Shown: positions 1 through 8,500 of the stretch, in pieces
Numbering within the stretch: position 1 is the stretch's first letter
Layout of the letters: each line of letters starts with the position of its first letter
Assembly: GCA_030603365.1 (NCBI GenBank)
Contig: JAUVXV010000012.1
Location: 1 to 64,000 of the forward strand
Length of the DNA: 64,000 bases
Direction of reading: 5' to 3'
Origin: Candidatus Heimdallarchaeota archaeon
GTDB taxonomy: Archaea > Asgardarchaeota > Heimdallarchaeia > Heimdallarchaeales > Heimdallarchaeaceae
Translations under genes and position numbers: made by a program
Notes under the pieces: model-generated
What the model was told of the DNA's origin: nothing
The model's input: only the letters and a program-made list of their open reading frames with translations
Database searches by the model: none

Positions 1-1988
1 ATCTCAGCTAAACAAGAATAGAAGTTACCCAAATCATTCTGAGTTTTAGCAAATAGAAGCGGTGAGTTCTTCAGTGTATATTTCTTTAGAGCTGCAGTAT
101 ACGATTTGATTGCTAATTTGATGAATTTAGTTCTCCATTCAATTAAAGAAGAATCTCCGATGAATGATTGAATATTCCAAAACTGTGAGGAATACAAACT
201 ATCTATGTTTCCTATGAAAAAAGCAGCATTACCTATTTTCACTATTTCCTCAGGAACGCTCTTGAATAAATTAACCAGCTTCTTGAAATTCGCTGGGATG
301 TCAGGTGCAAGGTTAGATCCAAAACCTAGAGCTTCGCGTAGATAAGGTTCTTCAACTGGCAATTCATAGTTTTCCATTACAAGCAATTTATCATTGTTTA
401 AAGCTCCTAACCATTCTTTCCACAAATACCTTCCCCCGAGGAAAGATTCGGTTTTATAAGCTGCTTTGATGTACCATTCTTTTGGAACTTTCTCTTCTTC
501 AGCTTCAGAATTTAAATCTACCATTTCTTTAAGTAGAGCTTCCTCAGCAGAGTAATTATCATAGTTTGTTTCAATAACAGTATCACCAACTTTTTGGATT
601 AAGACTCCTCTTTTCTTCATTGCGTGCGCAGCAACGAGCTGGTAATGACCTCCATAAACAGCGAAATCTAAAATTTGATGAATTCTTCCATCAGCTGTGT
701 GAAAAATATTTCTAACAGCTCTAACTGAAGTATTTCGAGCATATGCTATATCTATGAAAGTAAGATTGATTTCTTCTTTCAAATGCCAAACATACCACTG
801 GTTATCAGTGAGAATAAGCGGGTAGGGATTGTCCAAACGCATATAACCATATTTCAATAGGAAGCGATAAGCTTGACCAAATTGAACTATATCTCCCCCC
901 ATTATTAGATTATCAATTGAGATTGGATCTTTCTCATCGAGTAATTCAATTTTATTGAATTGGGTTTTTGGATTAATGGTAATTTTCAGTAAAGGTTTTT
1001 TCTCTTTCTCTTCCCAGAAATCCATTAATTTTGCAGAATCAGTCTTATCTGCTAGAAACTCCTTAATGTGTTGAAAATTCTTTATTTCGAAAATTTCAAC
1101 ATCACCGGGAATTGGTAATAGATCTCGTTTAATTTTCTCTCCTTCTTCCTTTATTGTTTCACCTAATGTAGCAGATGCTAAATTACGTGCATCATCTGGA
1201 ACCTTTTCTAAAGTAGCTTGTGAATCTTTCATTGCTGTTCTAACTTGCTTTATAGACATTTGTGGTCTTCGTACTTGCTCTAAAACAGGTTTAAGGCTAG
1301 CTTTTGCGTCACGAATTGTTGTTTTGAGGTCCTGTTTTGATAAAGAATGACGCTTTTCTTCAGCAGATAACTTTGTTAACCCCTTCTTAGTATCCCGAAT
1401 CTCTGTTTGTAAATCCTGTTTTGATAGAACATGCTTTATTTGATTATCCACTACAGGTCTTAAACTTGAAATAACATCTTTTATAGCTAGTTCTAAGTCT
1501 TGTTTTGATAACGAGCGCTTCTTAACACTATCAGAAACTGGACTTAAGCTATTAAGGGCATCCTGAACTGCTGTTTCAAGGTCTTTCTTCAAAACACGTT
1601 TCTTAGCAGTTTCTTCTGGAATTTCTGTTAAGCTAGCTTTTGCATCTCTAATCTCTGATTTCAAATCTTGCTTTACTAGAGCATAACTCATATCTTCAGA
1701 AGAGACTGGAATTAAATTGTCAATTACATCATGAATTGCTGATTCAATATCTTCCTTTAGAACTCGCTTATTACTCTGAACTTGATCTGACAAAGGCTTC
1801 AGTTTCCCAATTGCATCCTTTATCGCGATCTCAAGATCCTCTTTTGTTGTTTCTTCTTTTTCTATTTTCTCAACTTTTTTCAATTTAGATTTTAGTTCAT
1901 CTTTTGAGCTTTCCAGAAGCAAAGCTGTTGGAGACTTAGTTTTCTTACTAGTAGATTTTTTAGAGCGTTTATTTTTTTTCTTGGACAT
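1..1988 (-). CDS. Large protein, truncated by the window edge: Lys-rich N-terminus, nine tandem 28-aa WH2-like repeats, unknown middle domain, start of a TPR region
   Basis: Not in the ORF track. I translated it by hand from ATG at 1988 (AGGTGA SD just upstream); it stays open for 662 codons to the edge: MSKKKNKRSKKS...KEDLEIAIKDAIGKLKPL...IKLAIKSYTAALKKYTLKNSPLLFAKTQNDLGNFYSCLAE. The last segment resembles a TPR helix pair. Confidence 0.9.
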   Translation of the reverse strand, partial: MSKKKNKRSKKSTSKKTKSPTALLLESSKDELKSKLKKVEKIEKEETTKEDLEIAIKDAIGKLKPLSDQVQSNKRVLKEDIESAIHDVIDNLIPVSSEDMSYALVKQDLKSEIRDAKASLTEIPEETAKKRVLKKDLETAVQDALNSLSPVSDSVKKRSLSKQDLELAIKDVISSLRPVVDNQIKHVLSKQDLQTEIRDTKKGLTKLSAEEKRHSLSKQDLKTTIRDAKASLKPVLEQVRRPQMSIKQVRTAMKDSQATLEKVPDDARNLASATLGETIKEEGEKIKRDLLPIPGDVEIFEIKNFQHIKEFLADKTDSAKLMDFWEEKEKKPLLKITINPKTQFNKIELLDEKDPISIDNLIMGGDIVQFGQAYRFLLKYGYMRLDNPYPLILTDNQWYVWHLKEEINLTFIDIAYARNTSVRAVRNIFHTADGRIHQILDFAVYGGHYQLVAAHAMKKRGVLIQKVGDTVIETNYDNYSAEEALLKEMVDLNSEAEEEKVPKEWYIKAAYKTESFLGGRYLWKEWLGALNNDKLLVMENYELPVEEPYLREALGFGSNLAPDIPANFKKLVNLFKSVPEEIVKIGNAAFFIGNIDSLYSSQFWNIQSFIGDSSLIEWRTKFIKLAIKSYTAALKKYTLKNSPLLFAKTQNDLGNFYSCLAE
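1200..1931 (-). repeat. Intragenic tandem repeat, about 84 bp / 28 aa, nine units
   Basis: Conserved Leu at residues 36, 63, 92, 120, 148, 176, 204, 232 and 260 (LKKV, LKPL, LIPV, LTEI, LSPV, LRPV, LTKL, LKPV, LEKV). Units 2-8 are preceded by K[QEK]D[LI]xxx[IV]xD; units 1 and 9 are degenerate. Confidence 0.9.
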
Positions 1989-2072
1989 ACAATTCACCTG
2001 CTTTTTTGAAATGCCTTTTTAAAAGGTTTTATTGTCTAATTTTATCTGTAGTAACAATTGTTAATATAATTC

Positions 2073-2111
2073 TGAAAGAAAAGTGAAAAAATATGGAAAA
2101 ATATGGCAAAA
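2073..2111 (-). promoter_or_regulatory. Phased direct-repeat motif, copy A, upstream of the WH2-like repeat gene
   Basis: Minus strand reads TTTTGCCATATTTTTCCATATTTTTTCACTTTTCTTTCA and aligns without gaps to copies B-D; about 85 bp before the ATG at 1988. Confidence 0.75.
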
Positions 2112-2150
2112 ACAAAAGTATCAGATTAGAATCTATTAAATTGAACATTT

Positions 2151-3107
2151 TTATATTTTATACTCTTGAATTTCCTTATAATTACCATCTGGTATCTTGA
2201 AAGTTTGTATAATGAAATCTATCAATTCTTCCTTTGAATTGGATTCTCTTTTCTCAAGATGTTCATATATGATTTCAATCAACCTCTGTGCTTCTATATT
2301 AGAATCATTTGGTTCTGTAATCAGAGAAATTACAATTTCACCTCTTTCTTGAAAAGCAATTTGTCCATAATTCGAGACAACACTAGCAACTCTCTCATCT
2401 CTTAAAGAGTTGTTTTTATCATTTAGTACTTCAGATAACAAATCCAGAACTGAAATAAGATTATTTCTTACATCAGAGAAATCTAAGAACAATTTGATGT
2501 TACCAAAAATGGACGATATAATTAAACCTTTAGGAGATATCGTTTGTCCTACAGTGATTTCTTGCATTTTTCTAGTAAACCATCCCATTGCATTATCAAC
2601 ATTCATTGCTGTTTTAACGCTAATTTCAAAAATCTGAAAACTTATTTTTGGAAAATTACTGAGTTTTTGTAAATCTAGTACTTCAATAATCTCATCAAGC
2701 TCCATAGAAACTAAATCAGCTTTATTTGCGAGGAAAGCTAAAGCAATTCTGCGATCTACCTCTAAGTTATTAATGAGATACCAAAACCATTCTCTACCCT
2801 CTTCAGTTCGTTTTCTATTAGAAGCATCAAAAATAAAGAGAATGCCATAGCTATTAGCGGCATAGTTCAACCAAAATTGTCTTCTTAAGGTTTGATGGCC
2901 CCCCACGTCAAATAACTTTAGGAGACTATCACCAGCTCTATAGGTTTCAAAGTTTACTCCAATTGTTGGTGAAGTGTTATCTACCCATTTACCTGTAGCT
3001 AACCTTAATGCTAAGCATGTTTTACCTGCTTCATCTAATCCTAGTAAAGTAACTGGAATTCCTTTCTTACTGAAACTTAAACTTGTCATTTTCTCAACCT
3101 TTTTCAT
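2151..3107 (-). CDS. Arf/Sar-like small GTPase (His-type switch II) with C-terminal longin/roadblock-like domain
   Basis: G1 GLDEAGKT, G2 PTIG, G3 DVGGH, G4 NKAD, G5 SVK, plus a ~130-aa alpha/beta tail. Confidence 0.9.
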   Translation of the reverse strand: MKKVEKMTSLSFSKKGIPVTLLGLDEAGKTCLALRLATGKWVDNTSPTIGVNFETYRAGDSLLKLFDVGGHQTLRRQFWLNYAANSYGILFIFDASNRKRTEEGREWFWYLINNLEVDRRIALAFLANKADLVSMELDEIIEVLDLQKLSNFPKISFQIFEISVKTAMNVDNAMGWFTRKMQEITVGQTISPKGLIISSIFGNIKLFLDFSDVRNNLISVLDLLSEVLNDKNNSLRDERVASVVSNYGQIAFQERGEIVISLITEPNDSNIEAQRLIEIIYEHLEKRESNSKEELIDFIIQTFKIPDGNYKEIQEYKI

Positions 3108-3136
3108 TTTATTATCTTTTTCTATTTCCTTAATCC

Positions 3137-4453
3137 TTAATCGATAAATACGAGGTCTCTAAATTGTGAGAGTTCTTCTCTATTCATTCTATTTGGAAAC
3201 TCAAAATTACTCATCAAATTCTCAAAACTCTTTTCTATTTTCTTATTGGGTAAAAGAAATTCTATCTTTCTGTCGGGTAATATCACAGCAATAAGATAAT
3301 ACTGTCTTCCCTTCATTCGATGATCAAGTGGGATATCATCTTTCCCAAAGAAAGCATAAATGATAGTCCTATAATTTTCAAGTTTTGGTGCGGGAATGGG
3401 ACCAAAAACGCCAACTGGTTGTGAGTTTCCTTGTGCAATACTTGTATAGCACATGGTAGAAAAGTATTCAGAAGCAATGCTAATGCTGCGTAAATCCTCT
3501 CTAATCAATTCTCCTCCAAATGAAGCAAATCGGAAAATAGCTACTCCAATATTGTCTTCATTAGCCATTGATATTCTAAGATTTTTTATTTCTTCCTGTT
3601 GCTTGAGATAGTAACTGGCATCTTCTAAGGTAAGTATGAAGGTTTTTCTATCATCATCAGTTACTTGAGTTATAGCTACATGACATGGAAATTCTATCCC
3701 ATCTTTCCTTCGGATTTGATAGATTAATCCATCCATCACATTCCCTTCAAGTATAATAAATGTGAAATCTGGAAAGATGTTGTTGATAAGTGTTGAAGAT
3801 TCCTGTAATTCCTGTAAACTATATCCAATCATCATTTCAAACATTTGATTAGCAAAAAGAAACACTCCTTTTGAATCAATTGAGGCAATTCCTGAGGCGA
3901 TACTTTGAAGGATCTTTGTTGATTCCTTAGATTCAAGATTCCTCTTCTTTTGATGATTAGCATTCTTCAAACTAATATGGATCACTGGTAGAATTTCTAG
4001 AACTTCATCAATTATTTGTTGCGCATCAAAAGATGCTTGAATAAGAGGAATTTCTATCATGAATTCTAAAGAGCTCCTTAGAACATATGGGCAAAAGATT
4101 GTTGGTATGTTTTTTCTTAATGATATGGACCTTTTTCTTAAAGCAGGCTTAGTAATTGAATAGATTCTAGAAATGAGTTTTTCATCCAAAATAGCAATAG
4201 TTTCAAGTTTTTCAGAATTTCTATTATAAGCAGTTACTCTATCTCCTATTTTATTAGTAAAATAGAAAGAACAATTTTCACAATTGTAAATATCAAGCAA
4301 TAAATTGAATACTTTTTCTACTACATCAGAAATTGATGATACTTCTGCTAAGGTTTGAAAGAAGCTAAAGAATGATCTAGTTTTGTTGTCAGGGCTCTGG
4401 AAGTTTTTTTCCTTGTATTTGGTAATTTGAGCTGAGTTCGTCAAACTTATCAC
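3137..4453 (-). CDS. GAF-like + PAS sensor protein with an uncharacterised C-terminal domain, possibly longin/uDENN-like
   Basis: PAS signature ILQSIASGIASIDSKGVFLFANQMFEMMIGYS...RRKDGIEFPC; GAF-like N-terminus; tail with GVFGPIPAP...IYAF...DHR; no kinase or HTH domain. Confidence 0.75.
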   Translation of the reverse strand: MISLTNSAQITKYKEKNFQSPDNKTRSFFSFFQTLAEVSSISDVVEKVFNLLLDIYNCENCSFYFTNKIGDRVTAYNRNSEKLETIAILDEKLISRIYSITKPALRKRSISLRKNIPTIFCPYVLRSSLEFMIEIPLIQASFDAQQIIDEVLEILPVIHISLKNANHQKKRNLESKESTKILQSIASGIASIDSKGVFLFANQMFEMMIGYSLQELQESSTLINNIFPDFTFIILEGNVMDGLIYQIRRKDGIEFPCHVAITQVTDDDRKTFILTLEDASYYLKQQEEIKNLRISMANEDNIGVAIFRFASFGGELIREDLRSISIASEYFSTMCYTSIAQGNSQPVGVFGPIPAPKLENYRTIIYAFFGKDDIPLDHRMKGRQYYLIAVILPDRKIEFLLPNKKIEKSFENLMSNFEFPNRMNREELSQFRDLVFID

Positions 4454-4474
4454 TCTTTACATTCATATTATGAT

Positions 4475-5374
4475 CTAGAATTCCCACTTAACTGAGTCAA
4501 TTAGATTCTTTATTGTATCCTTATCTATTTTTAATTCTCTCTTCATTCGGGACAGAACTTCGAAAAACAATGTCAATCCAGTTTCTCTAGCTATGCTTTG
4601 TTCATCATCCTGATTAACATATAAGATTGCATAGTAATCCCCCTTCTTAAGCATATGAACCACATAATTGTCAATTTTTATAGATGGTAAGGAGTCAATC
4701 ATTTTCAGAGAGTGAGCTCGGAATACTTGCTTTACTTCTTGAATTTCAGTTTTCTTTTCATTTTCGATGAATATCTCATCAAATATAGGTTCAAGTCTGT
4801 CATCCAAAATCTCAAATGCATATACATTCACTGAAGGTTTAGCTTCCATTCTTCTCCTGATAGATTGAGATAACCATGTCCAACATTCCTTGATATTTTT
4901 TCCAGTTACGCTTGATGTTTCAAAGATTCTAAAACTTTTCAGCGGTGATTCACTGAATTTTGTAAGATCAAGTTCTTCAACTATATCTTCTAGACTGAGT
5001 GAGTCTTCTAGGTCAGATTTATTCGCAAAGAAAGCAAAGTTTGCGTCTTTAGGAATCCATTCTTCTACTTTCCACAACCACTCTTTCACCAGTTTCATTC
5101 TATTCTTATCAGTTCTGTCAAATACAAATATACAGCCTTGGCAAGAAGAAACGAAATTTTCCCAGAAAGTTGACCTGAAGGATTGTTGTCCTCCTAAATC
5201 TACAACATCAAAACGATAATCATTTTCTTTAATAATAGAAAGGTCATATCCAACAGTTGGTTGGAAATCATCTTTGAATTCTCCAGTTTTTAAACGATGA
5301 ATGAAGGTAGTTTTCCCAGCTTTTTCTAATCCAGTGATTGCAATCAATGGATGAATTTTCTTTTTAATACTCAT
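4475..5374 (-). CDS. Arf-like small GTPase (Gln-type switch II) with C-terminal longin-like domain
   Basis: GLEKAGKT, PTVG, DLGGQ, NKSD, ETSS; tail VYAFEILDD...YVVHMLKKGDYYAILYV. Confidence 0.9.
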   Translation of the reverse strand: MSIKKKIHPLIAITGLEKAGKTTFIHRLKTGEFKDDFQPTVGYDLSIIKENDYRFDVVDLGGQQSFRSTFWENFVSSCQGCIFVFDRTDKNRMKLVKEWLWKVEEWIPKDANFAFFANKSDLEDSLSLEDIVEELDLTKFSESPLKSFRIFETSSVTGKNIKECWTWLSQSIRRRMEAKPSVNVYAFEILDDRLEPIFDEIFIENEKKTEIQEVKQVFRAHSLKMIDSLPSIKIDNYVVHMLKKGDYYAILYVNQDDEQSIARETGLTLFFEVLSRMKRELKIDKDTIKNLIDSVKWEF

Positions 5375-5417
5375 ACATATCCCAATTAATTTACCGTAAA
5401 ATACATTAATTCTATAT

Positions 5418-5456
5418 TGAAAGAAAAGTGAAAAAACATGGAAAAATAGGGAAAAG
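5418..5456 (-). promoter_or_regulatory. Phased direct-repeat motif, copy B, in the divergent gap between the GTPase unit and the PAS-wHTH regulator
   Basis: Minus strand CTTTTCCCTATTTTTCCATGTTTTTTCACTTTTCTTTCA, about 44 bp before the ATG at 5374. Confidence 0.8.
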
Positions 5457-5536
5457 ACTTTTTTATCATAAAAACCACTGTTATAGTTAGTGCTTTGTAA
5501 TCACATAAGGGTTTAAACTTTATCGTTTTATAGCTA

Positions 5537-8500
5537 TTGAAGAAGGGGATAATGATGTGCATAGGTGTTATAAGCTCTCAATTACTGCTAGATACAGCAG
5601 ATTTTATTTATGTTGCAATTGATGTTGATCAGAAAGTCACTCTCATTAATAGAAAGGGATGTGAGATTCTTGGTTATTCAGAGGATGAAATTATTGGTAA
5701 GAACTGGTTCGATAATTTTCTTCCTAAAGAAGTTGCTGGGGATTTCAAATCTAATTTTGTTAGACGAATTACTGAAAACAAAGAGACCAAACTAGCTAAG
5801 AGCTATACTCTATTGACAAAAGAAGGAGAGGAGAGATTAATTTCTTGGCACAGCACTTTTTTCAATGATGAAGAGGGAAATTTAGTTGGTGCTTTATGTT
5901 CAGGAGAGGATATCACAGATTATACTAGAACGAAACAGATGCTCGAAGCAAATGAAAGAAAATTTAGCAAATGTTTTAATCATTCTAATGATGGCTATGC
6001 ATTAAGAAAGTTAGATGGAACTATTTTGGACGCAAATCTCAAATTTCTCGAATTATTTGGTTACAAGAAAGATGAAGTGATTTCTAAGAATATTAAAGAA
6101 ATCGAATTACTAGAAGATTCTAAAGAATTAAGTCGATTGATAAAAGAAATTGGTAAAGAAGGATTTCTTCAAGTGGAAACAACAGCAAGGAAAAAGGATG
6201 GAACAACATTCCCCATTGAACTAAACGGAATCACATTTGATTTAGAGGGAGAGAAAGTAGTCTTTAACATCATTCGAGATTTAACAGAAAGTAGGAAGAG
6301 AGAAACTGTTTTAAGGGAAAGTGAAGAGAGATTTCGAGGATTGTTCGAAACTGCTGCAATTGGTATGGCAATAGTAGATCTGGAGGGGAAGCCAGTCGCT
6401 AGTAATGAAGCTTTACAAAAAATGCTAGGATATACAAATGAGGAACTATGTAGTATGACTTTTACTGAGTTTACTCATCCTGACGATGCTACAGTTGATA
6501 TGGATCTTTATATGGAGTTAATTGCAGGTAAAAGGAAGTACTATCAGATAGAGAAAAGATACATTACAAAGAATAAAAAACTCATCTGGGGAAATCTAAC
6601 AGCTACTCTAATTCGAGATGAAAATGGTGAGCCACTTTACGGTATTGGTATGGTAGAAGAAATAACTCAGCTGAAAGAAACTATAATAGCTTTAGCAGAA
6701 AGTGAATCAAAATATAGGACATTACTCGAAAGTCTACCTCAGAAAATTTTCCATAAGGATGCTGATCTGAAATATGTTTCATGCAATGAGAATTTAGCTA
6801 ATGATCTAAATATTAAACCGTCTGAGATAAAGGGAAAAACTGATTTTGATTTCTTTACAAGTGAACTTGCAGAGAAATACAGAGCTGAAGATAAGAGAAT
6901 AATGAAAGAAAGAAAAGTTGAAACAATAGAAGAAAAAACCGTAAAAAATGGAAAGGAATATACAAGTGAAACTACTAAAATTCCATTATATGATGAAAAA
7001 GGAGAAAGTGTAGGAGTCATTGGAATTTATTATGATATTTCAGAAAGGGTAAAAACTGAACGAGAATTACAAGAGAGCGAGGAAAAATATCGCAGTTTTG
7101 TACAGAATTTCCAAGGAATTGCATTCAGGAGAACATTGGATTTCAAACCCATTTTCTTCCATGGAGCTGTAGAAGAAATCACTGGCTACACAGAGGAAGA
7201 GTTTGTATCTACCTCACTTACTTGGGATAAACTCATTCATCCAGAGGATATTGTAAAGATAAAAGAGCTATTAGAGAAATTAAGTAATGTTCCAGATTTA
7301 TTTAATGAAGGAGAATATAGAATTATCCATAAGAATGGAGAGATTAAATGGATTAATGAGATAGTTAGGAATATTTGTGATGAGAAAGGAAAACCAATAT
7401 ATGTACAGGGGTGTATACATGATCATACTGAAAGAAAAGTTATAGAAGAGAAAATTAAGGAAAACGAGGAAAAGTTTCGTACTCTTTTTACTGAAATGAA
7501 GCAAGCTTACTCCTTATATGAAGCTATATATGATAAAAGAGGAGACATTGAAGATGCAATATTAATAGAAGCTAATCCAGAATATGAAAAAATAGTAAAC
7601 AAGAAGAGAGAGGAAATAATTGGTAAGAAAATATCAGAAATCTATCCTAACTTAAAGAAACAAGAGGTTAATCCAATAGCAATACTAGGAAGAACCGCAA
7701 TAACAGGAGAAACTGTAATATCAGAATACTATAACAAAGATGTTGGTAAATGGCTTTTAGCTAAATCTTTTTCTCCAATGAAAGATCATGCTGCAATATT
7801 ATTTGAGGATATCACAGAAAAACGTAAAATGGAGAAAGAATTAGAGAAAGAAAGAAAAGCAACACAACAATATTTAGACATTGTAAATATCATCCTAACT
7901 GTAATCGATGCAAATGAAAATGTCATATTAGTCAACAAAAAAGGATGCGAGCTTTTAGGCTATGAACACGAAGAGATAATTGGGAAAAATTGGTTTGAAA
8001 ATTATCTGCCAAAAAGAGTTCGAGAAGAAACAAAAGAAATTTATCAAGACTTATTAGCTGGTAAACTAACCCACTCTGAGTCCCATGAGAACCTCATTCT
8101 CACTAAAGATGGTGAAGAGAGACTAATAGCATGGGATAATACCTATATTAGGGATGAGGAAGGAACAATTGTTAGTACTTTAAGTTCTGGAAGAGACATA
8201 ACTGAGATGAATAAAGCTCAAAAAGAACTTAAAGAAAACGAAGAAAAATTCAGAAGTATCTTCAACCATTCTAATGACGGATATATTTTAAGATCAGTTG
8301 AAGGTGTAGTTTTAGAAGCAAATCCTAGATTTCTTGAGATATTTGGGTACGAATCTACTGAAGTCATTTCTACTAATATAAGGTTAATCAACACATATGA
8401 AACTGAGGAAGATCATATAAGTAGAAAGCAAGAAATCGATGAGAAAGGGTATGCTCAGTTTGAAACTTTTGCTACCAGAAAAGACGGTTCTATTTTCCCA

